This document shows positions 188,367 to 203,240 of a stretch of 248,000 bases of DNA, piece by piece (positions within the stretch are counted from its first letter, which is position 1; every line of letters starts with the position of its first letter). Position numbers and translations under genes: made by a program. The notes beneath the pieces were generated by a model. It was not told where the DNA came from, did not search any database, and worked only from the letters and a program-made list of their open reading frames with translations. Location of the stretch: NCBI GenBank assembly GCA_951406725.2, contig OX597817.1:87812001-88060000 (forward strand), given 5' to 3'. The DNA comes from Octopus vulgaris (taxonomy: Eukaryota).

Positions 188367-190407
188367 CTGCAAACAGAGAAATATAATATATTCAATAAGA
188401 AGTGAGTGAAAAGTAGACATGTTCCTGAAATATAATTTCTTTTTTAACAATTGTATTTTAGTACAATATTAGCACTGATTTAAACTGAGAAAATGGACTG
188501 AAAATTAAGCAGGATGTCTTTTTCTCAGCTTATTAAAAGTTGCTTGCTTTTACAAAATGTAATTCCATGCTCAACTGTCCTTCTGTTTGATTGGCAGGAT
188601 CGTTAGGGCACTGGACAAAATGTCCTAAAGTATTTAGTTATAGGCTTTCAAATCCCACTGAATCAGTTTCATTCTTCTTCAGTTAATAAAGTATCAGTCA
188701 ATTACTGGAGTTGATTTCTATAATATATCTAATGCATTAATGGAATTATAATAGAAAACTAAGACTTTGACTTATGCATTAAAGTTAGTTCAAATAATTA
188801 TATACTTCCTACAAAATTGGCCAGAAGAATTCCTTAATAAACAGTGGGACATCTTTTACTTGGTCCTTGGTATTAGAACCTGCTGAAGATCAGAAAACCT
188901 AACACAAACAGGATTATATCAACTTTTGTTTCATCAAATTTCCAGAGGGTGGATAGCTATTTTTTCAAATATAACGCTGTATGATGGCTCTGTAAGTTTA
189001 TATTTTATCCTTTTCTAAGCTCCTTAATGTTATACTAGAAAGAAAGTCATTTGGCAATGCACTTGTACTTCTCTGCCTAATAATGCAATACTACCACTTT
189101 TGCACTATTCTAGATTGCTTGGTAACAGAGAACAATGGCATATTCCTTAAAAAAAGTTGTCAGGGAAACAATGGGTTACATTTTAAGGAAAATGTTCCTT
189201 CCTTTACACTGTGACTAACTTTAACATTCCGCTCTTCACTAGGAAAATTTTGTACCAGCTATACAGACAATTGAATTGACACTGTCTTAACTGTGGACAT
189301 GGTCTTCTCTCAAATTCCACAGGAAATCAATGAACCATTCTGGGTCTATTGAAAAGAGTTCTACTGGTGATTGCAACAATTGATGCATGGAAGAATGCAA
189401 TCTCCACAGGATTTGGGTTCACAGATGGATATTCTGTTGATGATTGTCACAATGACACACTGACAAGTCAGATTCAACAATCATACAAGCAGCAGCAGTC
189501 CAGTATCACTCCAGTGATTGGAGCAGAAATCATAGCTCTATCACAAAGACTAACCAGAGACAAGAAAGAAAAGTAACAGCCATCAATAAACACATAAAGC
189601 AAGCTAATGAACAGGCACAAGCAAGAAACCATGTTTACAAGGTAGAGCTAACAGGTACCACAAGATACCTCACTTGATACTCTTATAATTACAAGGTATC
189701 TCTAATAATTAAAGGTACCTCAAACAGATACCACATGGTACTTTGTTCAATGCTCTAACAATTCTACCCTTTACTTATGACAGGCAAAGTTGACCTTGGC
189801 AAGATTTGAACACAAAACACTGAGAGTCAGAATAGATATCACAAGGTATTCTATTTGACACTCTCATGACTGTCAACAGACTGCCCTGTACAATTAAATC
189901 ATTAATAATTAGAGATTAATATGCGTTATTAGATCAATTCATTAGAGATAAATTGCATTTTATCCAATGCCCTAATGATTCTACTAATTTGCTGCTCTAA
190001 CCAAATTATTAATAATGAGAGATAAACATGCATTATCAAATTAGTAAATCAGATATGATTTAAGACAAGAAAAACAAATTCAAAAAATGTAATTTATAAG
190101 ATGTAAAAGAACTCTACCTACTTTGTTTAAATAATAGCTACTTTTAATGAAGGAAATGAGCTCTATAAATTTAAATGTGTATATCTAGGATGTTGTGATG
190201 TTCATATCTGAACATAAGTTCCATAAGTGAAGTGAAATGACATCATTACAAACTGAGAATTGAATCTCGGTATCAGCCTCTTGTTTTTTCAAAAGCTCAC
190301 GACATCCCTGTTGAAATACTGAAGTATTCTCAATGAAAGTACTTAGTTATAGAGTTTAGTTTCAACAATGAAAGGAATGAAAATAACGTTAGTTTTGTAA
190401 CACTCAC

Positions 190408-190539
190408 CTCAAAAAGGATCAGTTCCCTTGACATTGGTTCTGCTCCACAGCTGATAAAAGCTGTTGATAATACGTCGATAAGTTTTACAACTTCGGGATG
190501 TGGGAGGTTGAGTTTCTCTAACCAAATACACACATCGAA
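190408..190539 (-). CDS. EPG5: EPG5 exon
   Basis: FDVCIWLEKLNLPHPEVVKLIDVLSTAFISCGAEPMSRELILFE; phase 0-0. Confidence 0.9.
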
Positions 190540-192252
190540 CTAAGAAAGAAACAACAGACACAAATCATAGAAAATATAATCTAAAAGGACTGATGGAAAA
190601 TATAAAAAGAATTACAGATAAATTAATGCTAAATATATTTTGTCTCACAATGCAACTGAAATTAAGGCAGAGTTCTACATAATATTTATACCTTAACATA
190701 TGGGACATCAATATGAGGGAGTGCTGAAAAGTTCCTAGCTTTGGGTAAAAGGAAATACAGGAGGATCAGTTAATTATGGTTTTAGTCAACATATTCCCCT
190801 CTCAGATTCACACACTTATTGCAGCAGTCCTTCAGTTTTTCTAAGCCCTGTAAAAGATCTCGGAAGGTTGGGCCTCCAATGAGATCTTTTACAATACCCT
190901 TAAAGTCAGAAGCTTTCAGCACTCCCTTGTATATTTCTCAAACTGAGGTTCACTTAATCATTCCCAGTCTTATAATTAATTGTAATTTTAGCCCCAATAT
191001 TCCTCTACAACATACAAGGGAATAAATTCAGATCTCTTGCTTGTTATAATGTTCTTGACTCTAAACAAGGGACACAATGGCTAATTGAGAAACTCAAACT
191101 TTATTCCTACTTCATGGTTAGTAATGAGAAGGAAAATCTTCTCCTTCCTAATAACTAATGTAGTAAGAGCAGGATTTGTTAATTAATAAAAAATATTACT
191201 TCATCCATGTAGGAAAAATTGATATAAAACTGTAATATATTAATGACTGGGCTGGGGAGGATGAACAAATGGACAGCATATATTTAAGTGAGGGAAGGGG
191301 CTAATATAATGTAAAGAGGTAAAGAATGTTTTGAAGAGGGGAAAAAAATTAGCTAAATGGAATACTATCGCAAGGGAAACAACTCTAATGTTCAAATTAA
191401 AGATTGAATGAAGATATCCAGTGGGGAGAAGGAATATGATATTTAGTAAATATGATAACTATTGACGTTTTAGTCAAATTAAACCTCTTCAATAAATCAT
191501 GATCTAAGCAATAATTACCTAAACCTAAACTGAGGAAATGTATTGACATTTGAGAGGAAATTATTCACCAAGTAGGCAAATTAAAATAATCCTTTCTACT
191601 TATAGGCACAAGGCCTGAAATCTTTGGGGAGCGGTTGATATAATCAACCCCAGTGCTCAACTGGTGTATATTTTATCAACCCTGAAGGAATGAAAGGCAG
191701 AGTCGACCTTGGTGAAATTTGAACTTGGGATGTAAAGAGCTGGAAGAAATGCTGCAAAGCATTTTTGCCCAACATGGTCACCACCTTAGAATAATTTAAA
191801 ATGATAAGATAGATGCCATCTAGAAGAAAAGCATTTAGTTCATAAGAAGGAGCTTAAGAACTAAAAAAATATGCTGGCAATCATTCATTGTCAAGGAAGT
191901 GAACTCAATATGAAATATGTATAGCTTTTGTTTTTGAGACAATTTTTATCTAGAATAACGTTATTCAGCCTATCTTTCCTTTTATTAAATCGGCAAGGTG
192001 TGACTTGAGGGAGATTTGGTTGCTATTTTCGGTAGGCTGACCAACAATATACAAACTAACTTACTGGTTCACAATTTTTAAGTTCGTTAGTTAGATATCT
192101 CTGGTAAGTTTAGATAAAGCAGTAATTAGTAAAAGAATAATAGATTAAATAGTTAATGATAATATGTAAAATATTTGTAGCATAATGAATTTTAAAAAAT
192201 CAATTAATTAATTTTAGTTGAAACCATTCTACCTCTGAATGATTGTCAAAGG

Positions 192253-192564
192253 CAGTGGTTCTCAACCATTTTTGGCCTATGGACCCCTTTGATTCCTATT
192301 TTACTCAAGTGCGTTCTCATAACCATTTGATGTATATAAAAAAGTCCTACTGTATTTCAATAATTAAATAAAATTAGAAATTGTATTAAAAAAAATTTTA
192401 ATATTTTGTGTATCGTAGAAGCGTATTCAATTTATTGCAGATAAGTTTTAATAATAAAATCTTATATACCCCTCAAGGGCTATATGGACTCCCAAGGCCA
192501 ATATGGATCCCCAAGGGCCATATGAACCCTGAAGGGCCATATGGACCCTGTTTGAGAACCACTG
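192253..192564. mobile_element. hAT-like MITE
   Basis: TIRs cagtggttctcaa / ttgagaaccactg; 8-bp flanks gtcaaagg / gtctaagg match at 7/8. Confidence 0.75.
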
Positions 192565-192651
192565 GTCTAAGGGTAAAACTTGAATGTTTACTCAGAAAGA
192601 AATCTATAAATGCTCGAACTGCCATTTTAAAATGTAATTCTAAAGACTTAC

Positions 192652-192843
192652 CTTTGATAGCAGCATGAAAGCCATATCTATTTGACATGAACGAAGGACA
192701 ATCAGTTTTTCATACATAGCCAAAAAGCAGCCTGGATTCAGATTGGGTAAGAAGTGAGGAGACATTAAACCTGCAAGGTCAGGATGGTCAAGCACAAAAT
192801 TCAACAGAACAGGGCTTTGGTCAGGCATTTTCTGAACAAATTC
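192652..192843 (-). CDS. EPG5: EPG5 exon
   Basis: EFVQKMPDQSPVLLNFVLDHPDLAGLMSPHFLPN...DMAFMLLSK; phase 0-0. Confidence 0.92.
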
Positions 192844-195054
192844 CTGCAAGGGAACAAGACATTAAAACATTAAGAATAATTCTGTATTAAATCAATGTAA
192901 ATAATACTGAAACAGTAAAATAGACAAAATGGAATAAGCAGAACAAGGGGAGACATGTGGGATAGAGAATTGCAGAAGAGGTCATAGGATGTGTGATGAA
193001 AGAACTTTGACAAAGAAACTAAAATAATAATAATAAAGCTGAAGTGAAGACCAAATATATATTATGTGTGTTTAATTGGCAAAATATGATCATCCACAAA
193101 TATAACTCTACTTCAACACACAACTTCACAAAAAGTAAAATATTTAATTAATAAAAATTTTTAGCAAAAACAGTTACTGTTTGAAGACAAAAACTTAGAG
193201 AGAAAATCTCTCACGACAAATAATGTGCAGCAATTGTGGCTATTAAGGAGTATAAATCTAGCTTCTAATACTGTATTATTTGCTTAAATAGATAGTTATT
193301 TTGTTTGTATTTAACTAACCAACACAAAAACCCTTTGCATTTCAATGTGTACCATTGAAACAGAGCATTCATCCTCATTCATTTAATGTCTGCTTTCCAA
193401 ACTGGCATGGGTTTGACGGTTTGACTGGAACAAGTAAGCTGGAGAGCTGCATCAGGTTCCAGTCTGACTTGGCATGGTTTCTATGGTAGGATGTCCTTCC
193501 TAACACCAACCATGCCAAGAGTGTAATGGGTGCTTCTTACATGCCACCAGCACATGCTTCAATATCCAAATTCATAAAAACAATCCAACCTACTCCAAAA
193601 AGGAGGAAAATATATAAATATATCTCAAAATTCCTCACAGTAAAATTGTGCTTGGTGAGAACTAGTTGAGTATGTTCAATGATTGGAAGAGTTAAGGTGA
193701 AAGTAAAGCCAAATATTTCGAGTAATAAATTACCAATATTATTTGATGACTAATATTATTTTTTAATAATGAGTACAGGAGATATATCCTGACATTTTAC
193801 TCTTGTTTAGGGTTATCTGAGGCAAGAATAATCCCAACAGAGCTGCCAAATTGAATGACTGTATATAGCAATGTTAAGAGATCAAAGCCACTCTGCCTTG
193901 TCTTTCCTCACTGAGCCCACATATCCAAGTCATTCTTCTGATTCCATATCTATGTGATTCTCCTGGTCCTATTTCAAAGTGATTCTCTTGGACAGAAGAT
194001 GATGGAGGGAGAGGTGGGAAGGAAGAAAGGAAAGAAATATGAAAGATGAAAAGCAAAGAAATATGTGAGATGATGACGATGATGTCAATTCTAAAAATTT
194101 CTCGCTTTGGCAAAAAAACAGCAATTTTGTTAAGTTGGTGACTTAGATCTACAGAATCAGCTACAACTGGGATTGAACTCAGAATGTAAAGAAACAATAC
194201 TGAATATTGAAAGATAGTTAGCCAAGCATGCTACTATGTCTGTGTTTCAACTTTAACTCTATAGCAATGATTATGGTAGCAAAATTGATTATTAAAATAT
194301 AAGGGATTATGATCGATATGTAACAGTGGCTAACAGAATTGGTAGAACTTTAGACTGAATATCTTCTGGTAATTGCTTATATCCTTTTAAATTCTGAATC
194401 AGAGCTCTTCTTTGCAAGGTTGACAAAATGAAATTCCTATCATTTTGTCGATGGAAGTGCATGGCTTAGTGGTTAGGGTATTGTAATCATGACAGTAAGA
194501 TTGTGATTTCGATTCATGGACCATGCAATGTGTTGTGTTCTTGAGCAAAATACTTTATTTCATGTTGCTCCAGTTCACTCAGCTGGCAAAAATTAGTAAT
194601 TCTGTGATAAATTGGTGTCCCATTCAGGAGGATGTTGTGGTCTCAGTCACTTAAATGCTAAGGCAACTGGGTAACCAGTAACCCCAAATCTATATGACTC
194701 AAGAAGGACTTTATCCTTTTTTTTTATCCTTTATTTGTAGGGCTGATATAATCAACTGTATCCTTGAATTAATATAATTGACTCTACCCTAGAAGACAGT
194801 GCCCAATGATTGAAACATCATCCTCTAACATCCATTTTCCATGCTGGCATGAGCTGGGTAGCTTGAACACAGCTGGCAAGCAGGAGAGCTGCACCAGGTT
194901 CCAGTCTGATGTGGCTTGGTTTCAATGGTTGGATGCCCTTCCTAATGCCAATCGCTTTACAGAGTGTGCTGGGTGCATTTTACATGGCACCAGCAAACTT
195001 ATAAAAGAATAAAAGAAAAGTTTCTCTCAATTATTCCATTTCATTCTGACTTAC

Positions 195055-195223
195055 CTGCCCAAGAATATCAAGACAAGAAGCAAAAAACTGTCGGGTTGGT
195101 GGGTAAAAATTGGTTTCATTAGTAACCATATTAGCAAGGTAATAAAAGATGGCGCAACCAATGCTTTGTAGATGCTCAATCTTGTCTACATCTGTCCGTG
195201 CTCGGGTCAACTTAATCAGTGTA
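195055..195223 (-). CDS. EPG5: EPG5 exon
   Basis: TLIKLTRARTDVDKIEHLQSIGCAIFYYLANMVTNETNFYPPTRQFFASCLDILGQ; phase 2-0. Confidence 0.93.
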
Positions 195224-196828
195224 CTGAAAATAGAAAAAATATAATGTTGAGCAACACTGTAGCAATATGAATATACTGGCATAACACTATAACAATATAA
195301 ATATACAGAAGTATATATAACAATATAAATATACAGAAGTATGTATAACATCATATAGTAATATATTTACAGCAGTAATATATTTACTGCAGTAATATAT
195401 TTACTGCAGTATAACAAAATAGCAATATATTTATATAACACTATAGGAATCTAAATATAGCAGTATAATATAGCAAATAGCAGGTACAACTTCTAAGTCA
195501 TAATGTGGAAACAATTAATTAAGTCTAGTCTAGTAGTGGTCAGCCCTTGGACAGGTCCTGTGCATGTGAATCATCTCCAGCACTCTCTATATAACCTGGG
195601 AGGGCCTGTATGCTTCCCTGCCACCATTAAGTAGATTACTGGGATTTTGGTTACCCTAACTGGACTTGGGATGAACACTGGAGTGGTTTCCTATTGGCTT
195701 CTCCAAGTGGGTGGGATCGAACTCAGAATGTAGAGAGCCAGAAGATGAACCATAAAGCATTTCTGCCAACGTGCCAACAATTCTGCCACTCTCCCACTTG
195801 AAAAGCAATGTGAAGTGAGGGGTTTTGCTCAAGAACACAACACACTGCCCTGTCTGCAAATTGAACCCATGATCTAACAATCATGAGTGCAACCCCTAAC
195901 TATTAGAGCATGTGGCTTTAATTAAGTGTTTGAAGTTTTAACACTTTAGCATTTAAACCAGCTATATCTGACCTAAATATTCTGCCTGTTTTATGTCCAA
196001 AGTGGCCAAATCTTACCTCTCACGTTTTTCCTACAATGTCATTGAAAAAATATATTATCATATCATTGAAATCTTGAGATAATACATGATTAATTCAAAA
196101 CAATGTGAAACATAACATCTGACATAGTAACTTGACTACTAAAGGGTTAACAGTGTTCTGATTCCTTACCTCTACTGACAGCCCACCTACTACTCTCACC
196201 ACTACCACCATTACCAGAAATTTCTTTATTGAACCATGGCTTTATTTCAACACACTTATCTGACTTATGTAAGTACAGAAAAGGGAACATTACAAAAACA
196301 AGTAACCTCTAAGTACTATCATCATGATGACACCCTTTTATTTTTGTGGCTTGTACCTATAATACACCATATAGTTTAACATTATGCCTAATTTTCATCA
196401 GTTTTGTTTTAAATCACATTATCCAATGCATCCTTCCCTTTTATACAGAAAGATGTGATTTGAGAAAGACTTGGTTTCTATTTCTAGCAGACCAAATAAA
196501 TGTCCTACAATCTTGTTGATAATTATAATGTGAACTCATTTCAAGTCTCTGACAGATATAAAAGAAGGAAAATTATTCTGAATTGAAACCAAGATATTAG
196601 TACACTCAACAGCAATACCACTCAAGGTAATAAACCAGGTTGATACACCCTACTGCACTTATCACTATTTATGAAGTTTATAATTTACCAGGAAAAGTTT
196701 TTCTTTCAAATGTTTCGCTTTTGATTTATAAATGCTCTCCAAAACATTAAGACTTCAAAATTGTGTTTATATTTCCATTTTGGTTGTTATGGTTCAAATA
196801 TCATTCTTTGCATAAGTCATCAACTTAC

Positions 196829-196971
196829 GTGATAATGTTTTCCACATGAACTGCAGCAACACAAACTTTTTGAGGAGGAGGAAGTAAACCTTCTTGTACT
196901 AAAACTTGTTGTTGGCCTTCTATATCATTAAGTTTCTGTTGTATATCGGCGTTTAGAGTTTTTTCACATAC
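196829..196971 (-). CDS. EPG5: EPG5 exon
   Basis: VCEKTLNADIQQKLNDIEGQQQVLVQEGLLPPPQKVCVAAVHVENII; phase 0-2. Confidence 0.9.
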
Positions 196972-198388
196972 CTATAAGATGTGCAGAATGAAGAAAGATG
197001 ATAAATAACAATCACATTTTTAACATCTATCATATAAAGAAGTTGCAGTTTTAATTAAAAGAAAAGAAATATATAAAAATTTACATTCTGGGTTCAGTCC
197101 CACTGCATGGCACCTGGGTCAAGTGTCTTCTGCTATAGTCTCACACTGACCAAAGCCTTACGAGTGGATTTGGTAGACAGAAACTGAAAAAAGCCCTCTC
197201 TCTCTCTCTCTGTATCTCTCTCTTTGTGTTTGTCCCCTACCACCACTTGCCAGCTGGTGTTGGTGTGTTTATACTCTTGTAACTTAGGAGTTTGGCAAAA
197301 GAGATCAATAGAATAAGTACCAGGCTCAAAAAAAAAAAATATTACTGGGTCAATTCTTCAAAGCTGTGTCCTAGCATGGCCGCAGTCTAATGACTGAAAC
197401 AAGTAAAAGATAAAAGATAAGAGATAGAGGAGAGATATAAATGTAGATTCTTTCTCCTGTGGTCAATTCAGATATTGACAGTTTGTCGCTCTTGGACTCT
197501 AAACCATTCTAAACTTAGCTGTATTAGGAATTTACAGTTCTCAGATAATTTCTTTTTCTATTTTGCAATTGGTGATCAATAGTAACATCAGCTACAGGTT
197601 TCCCATGAACCAAATACCAATTGCCTACATTTCTGAATCAAATTGACAAGGGAAGTGTCTTAAATGGTACAAAGGATTCCACTGAAAGTGCACCAGCTTT
197701 CACTGATGTCACTTTGCAAATATATCAGCTAAAGATATAAACATATGAACACACACGCATGCGTGTGCATATACACAGACTGGTGAATGCTTGCGTTTAC
197801 TTAAAAATAAAATGGATTTAATACACAAAGCTGAGTTTACATATTTTATGAGAGTTTGAAGTTTCTTGATATATTACTCTGAATTTTACATTGAGAATCA
197901 TATAAACATCATGACAATATGTAAACAAAAAACAAATTGTAAATACATAAAAATAAAATAAATTGTTGACATTTGATTGTTTACCAAATTACCACCAGAA
198001 ATTATATCATACATTCATCAATTCAACATGGAATATGTTATACTTATCTGGTCACATGCAAACATATTTTCATGTCTTCAGTATTACTGCCAAAAGTCAT
198101 CTCTACAGATTTTCTTTAAAAATTATAGCAAGCACTGATTCAGGCTATAATTTCTTTAGAAAATCTGTAGAGATGACCTTAACATGTGATTTAAGCGCAC
198201 TGCTAACACAGTAGTACATGGTATTGACTTTTTGCAGCATATCATGCTTGCATAATGAAATACCATATGCCTACAACTCATTAATAAGTCTTCAGTATTG
198301 TAGGTATAAAATACATTTAATACATGTCTTTAATATTTTATATACAAAACACATAAAAGCAAGGAAGGTAGCTATGGTTAATAGATCA

Positions 198389-198424
<36 letters not shown>

Positions 198425-198428
<4 letters not shown>

Positions 198429-199644
198429 GGGTTGGACAAAATAATGTAAACGTCTTAAAGTTTCAAACAAATTTAGCAGTAATTATAGCTTGAACTCTAC
198501 GAGGTATGGACTCATACAAAGTTTTAATTGCTTCCAAAGAAATTTTTGTTCATTCTTCAGCTAAAGCAGTCTCCAGTTCTTGTAGTGATGATGGTGGAGG
198601 ATATTGACTCCTTACTTGTTTTTCTAAAATGAACCATAAATGTTCAATAATATTGAGATCTGGGGACTGTGGTGGCCAGATAAGATGTTCAAATTTGCTA
198701 GAATGTTCCTCATGCCATTCAGTAACAATTTTAGCTGCGTGAATTGGTGCATTATTATCCTGAAAGATTGCGTTTCCCTCCAGAAACAGTTCCGCAAGCA
198801 TAGGATGAATTTGATCAGATAAAATGTTTAGTCTTGACTATTAATTCTGCCATGAAGGGAAACCACTGGGCCAGCAGATATCCAAGATATAGCCCCCCAG
198901 ATCATCACAGATCCTCCTCCATGTTTAACAGTTGGAAGAATGCAGTCTGAGTCAAATCCTTCTTTTGGCAGTCTCCACACTTATACTCGGTCAGTGGTCG
199001 GAAATAAGGTAAAGGATGACTCGTCTAAGAAAATAACATTCTTCCACTGCTCTAGGGACCAATTCTGTAGGTTTTTACTCCACTCTAAATGCTTTGCAAT
199101 GTTTGTTTTTGAAAGTAGTGGTTTTCTGATTGCAGCCCTCCTGTGAAATCCGGCTTTGTGCAGCTCCCAGTGAACAGTTTTTCTGGAAACTGGGTTCTCA
199201 AGGTGGTCATTAAGCTCTGCAGTAATTTGGGGAGCTGTACATTTGTGATCCTTTCTAACAATTCACGTAAGAATCTAACAGTCCTTATCTGAAAGTTTTG
199301 GTTTTCTTCCGGAGTTTTGTTTCAATGAGGAGGTTTTTCCCTCTTTCTCAAAGGTTATCATTACTTTTGAGACAGTACTTCTTGATACACCTAACATTTC
199401 AGCTGTTTTCATTATGCTAACACCAACAATTTGACCTCTTTGAAAGTCTGATAGATCTGTCATTTTAATGAATTCTAATTACCTTTTTCTGGTAATATCT
199501 GAAAAGAAACAGCAATTTTAGCAAAACATATTAAGCAACACTAATAATAAATCAAAAAACATAAAAATAAACAAGCTTTTGGTGGTTTTATAGATATTTC
199601 AAAATTATGATGCTATGTGTTTCCGGTATTTTGTCCAACCCCTG
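198425..199644 (-). mobile_element. Tc1 transposon, both ends present, frameshifted transposase
   Basis: TA|caggggttggacaaaata...tattttgtccaacccctg|TA; MTDLSDFQRGQIVG, FQDNNAPIH, WPPQSPDLNIIEHLW. Confidence 0.93.
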
Positions 199645-200331
199645 TAGCATGCCTATTAAAGTGCACAACATATAACATTTGAGTTAGAACTCCATATGTT
199701 CATTTCACTCCAAAACAGATGTGTAAGAACAAAATTTGTGTCATTCCACAGATAATTTAATGTGATATGTTTCACCACTATGTCTCACCACATTTTTTTA
199801 TCATCTAGTACATAACAAGAGAAATTACTATCAGAACTAATAGAGCATCAGATAAAATACCTTGCTGCATTTAGTTGCCAACCTTTACAATCTGAGTTCA
199901 AATCCTGCCTAAGCTCATAATAAACTTTGTCTTTCAATATTCCAGGGGTAAAAAATAAAGTATCAATCAAGTATAATCAATTGTTTAACCCCTCAAAAAT
200001 TGTAGCCTTCTCCCTCTGAAATTCATATATAGTGCTTGCTTCAACTAATTATACTCCTATGCAGAAGATTCATGCAATTTGAAGGAATACTATTTAACTA
200101 CTACTACAACTACTACTACTACTATTACTATTACAGTCAGTATGAGGCTCAATAATCGAGGTCGGTGAATCTGTGAAGAGAGAGAAAAAAAGAAAATCAT
200201 GTTGAATAGTGATAGAAGTTGAGCAGAATATGAGAGGATATAAACAATATGTCAACCATAAGAGAAAGTGCTGCAGAGTAACATGCATACAAAATGCACA
200301 ATGCAACAATGAATTATATCTAAATACTTAC

Positions 200332-200409
200332 TCTTACAGATGTTGTGATTGAACCAGAACACTTGTGGGTAAAGTTGATAGTACTCCTGCATTCTAGTGT
200401 TACTGGGAC
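200332..200409 (-). CDS. EPG5: EPG5 exon
   Basis: VPVTLECRSTINFTHKCSGSITTSVR; phase 0-0. Confidence 0.88.
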
Positions 200410-202300
200410 CTATCAACAATTGAAAGATTTAATGTTAATGAATTTGATTTATACAACAGCAATAGTTCAGAAACAGACCAAATGTTTTTAACATTAAATA
200501 AAATAATATGCTTAAATAAAACAAATATGCCAATACCAACAACACCAGCACTTTAACAGGCATATTATAAATATGTGTGTGTGTGTGAGTGTGTGTGTGT
200601 GTGTGTTTGTTTTGATATTCAGTTATAATAAAAACAATAATTTTACATTAATGTGATGGGTTACTCTATACTTTTGTAGAGTATTAATTTTTACTCTTAC
200701 ACAAGAATATTGTTGACTGTAACTTTGAAGTTTCAGCCAATTTGTATACACATAAACATTAAATAGGTACATTATAAACACACACACTACCATCACCATC
200801 CTCCTCCTCATCATCATCATTTAGTGTCTATTGTCCATACTGGCATAGGTTGGATGGTTTGACCAGGACTAGCAAGCTAAGGGACTTCACCCTCCAGTCT
200901 GATTTGGCATAGTTTCTACAGCAGGATACTCTTCTTAATGCCAACCACTCCAAGAGTGTAACAGGTGCTTTTACATGCCACTGGCACAGATACCATTTGC
201001 GTGACAACAGTATCTGCCATGATTGCGATTTCATTTGGCTTGATGGGTCTTCTTCTCAAGCATGGCATATTGCAAAAAGTCTCAGTCATATGTCATTGCC
201101 TCCGTGAGGCCCAACATTCAAAAGGTGCTTTTTACATACCACTTGCACAGGTACAAGCTACACAACACTGGCATCAGACATTGCCTCTGTGAGGCTCAAC
201201 ACTCAATAGGTACTTTTTATGTGCTGCCAGATGCATCCATGAGGCCCAACGCATGATAGAGTTTATTAAGACAGATTTCCTATGGTCAAACGGCCTTCCT
201301 GTCACCAACTGTTGCTTGTTTCCAAACAAGGTAGTATTTGCCCATTTGCAGAATATTGGAAATTAATGATACTCATTTACAACAAGAATGTGATGTGAAG
201401 ACGAGGACAATGCAAACACACACACACACATTCATGCTCAAATATACATACATATGACAGGCTTCTTTCAGTTTCTGTCTACCAAATTCACTCACAAGAT
201501 TTTGGTTGGCCTAAGGCAATAGTGAAAGACACTTGCCTTAAGGCAACATACAGCTGGAGTGAATCTGACACCATTCTTATATGTATGAGAGGAGAAAGAG
201601 AGAGAGAGAGAGCATAATGAGTAACATACTAATATATTTGATATGATAGTGCTATAAGGTATTTCCAGTAGATTCTCTGTAAATGGCATATGGCTAAAAC
201701 AACCATCAAATTTTCATAAAATGAGTACAACAGCATGTTTAGTGTATTGAAGGAGAAGCTGAGCATAAGAGGAACTAGTTGCAGTATGCAAGTGAGAAGG
201801 CTGCACTTGTTTGGTTAAGTGATGTGTATGGATGTAAACAGTCACATAAAGGAGTGCCAATCACTTAAAATGGATGGAACTTGTGGAAGAGGGAAACCCT
201901 GGAAGACATAGGATGAAACATTGAAGGTCAATCTCAAGACACAGAGCCATATGAAAGAGATGACTAAGGACTGAGATATCTGGCGCATTATAGTACACAA
202001 GAAGACCTGTCCACCACAGCAGGATTAATATCAGTTCTGGCATCACATAAAAAAACACTTGTACCAGTTCCACGTTAAAGGCACTGGTGCTGGTGCCACA
202101 TAAAAAGCACTCAGCATACTCTGTGGAATGACTGGCATTAGGAAGGGCATTCAACTATAGAAACCATGCCAGAACAGACAATGGAGTCTGGTGCGGTCCC
202201 TGGCCTTAACAGCATGGAAAATGGATGTTAAATGATGAAGATGATGATGATAAGTAGAAAACGACAAAGATAAGTTATTAAAAGCAGTTGTTCTATATAC

Positions 202301-202391
202301 CTGATTCCATTCATTGCTGTAAAGTTGAGGAAGCAGATCAAGGTATTCTAAATCCATAGTTATATGTCTAGATACCTGCCTGGAGAAATTT
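202301..202391 (-). CDS. EPG5: EPG5 exon
   Basis: NFSRQVSRHITMDLEYLDLLPQLYSNEWNQ; phase 2-0. Confidence 0.88.
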
Positions 202392-202828
202392 CTGAAAATA
202401 ATGAAAGGAAAATATAATACATTAATAGGTAGATCCAAAGTGAAAAATTATTCATCAAATGATTTTACATTTGCCTGTCAGGATAATAATATTTCATTCG
202501 ACTACAAGAGTACACAGAGTGCATCATTTGATGACAGAAGCATGAGGATATTTCATCATTTATTGCTAACTAGAATGATAACTAGTTTAATAGAATATTG
202601 ATCTGATCTCAAAAACTGATAACAGAAAGAGGAAAGACTAACACACTTCATGTCTTACTAATTATAGATACAAGAGAATTGCTTTTATATAGATAGTGAG
202701 ATAGTGTTGTGTACATATGTGTGTGTGTGTGCATGCCTTTGAGAAAAAGTTAAAGGAGGTCATATTGACAAATGTCACTCGATACAATTAATAAAATATT
202801 TGAGGAATTAATTTACTGATATTATTAC

Positions 202829-203000
202829 CTAGCATGGTTGCAGAGTACTTTCAAATCTGTATTTATAATATACATAAGGGTAGACTTCTCTTCAAGTGCA
202901 GTAACAGTCACTTCTGGTACAGGTGGTGATGGATCAGTTATAGGAGGGGGGCCTAGTGGAATGCTGTGTGTTTTTAACCGGTTCAGAATTCGAGTTGTGG
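202829..203000 (-). CDS. EPG5: EPG5 exon
   Basis: TTRILNRLKTHSIPLGPPPITDPSPPVPEV...INTDLKVLCNHA; phase 1-2. Confidence 0.92.
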
Positions 203001-203069
203001 CTAGAAAAGAAAATAGAAAGACAAGACACAAGAATAAAATCAAAAACAAACAAAAAAAATGACAAACCT

Positions 203070-203240
203070 TATTGACTTTATGATCACTTTATTTATTTTA
203101 TGATCACCTTAGTGATTTTATGATCACCTTATTTATTTTATAATCACCTTATTTATTTTATGATCACCTTAGTGATTTTATGATCACCTAATTGATTTAT
203201 GATCACCTTACTGATTTATGATCACCTTATTGATTAAATG
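203070..203240. repeat. ~20-bp minisatellite
   Basis: tttatgatcacctta(g/t)t repeated about 8 times. Confidence 0.85.

Noticed and set aside
190150-190345. Extra EPG5 exon (open - strand frame FIENTSVFQQGCRELL..)
   Set aside because: Ends in a stop with no usable donor; flanking exons already join in phase and match the human sequence
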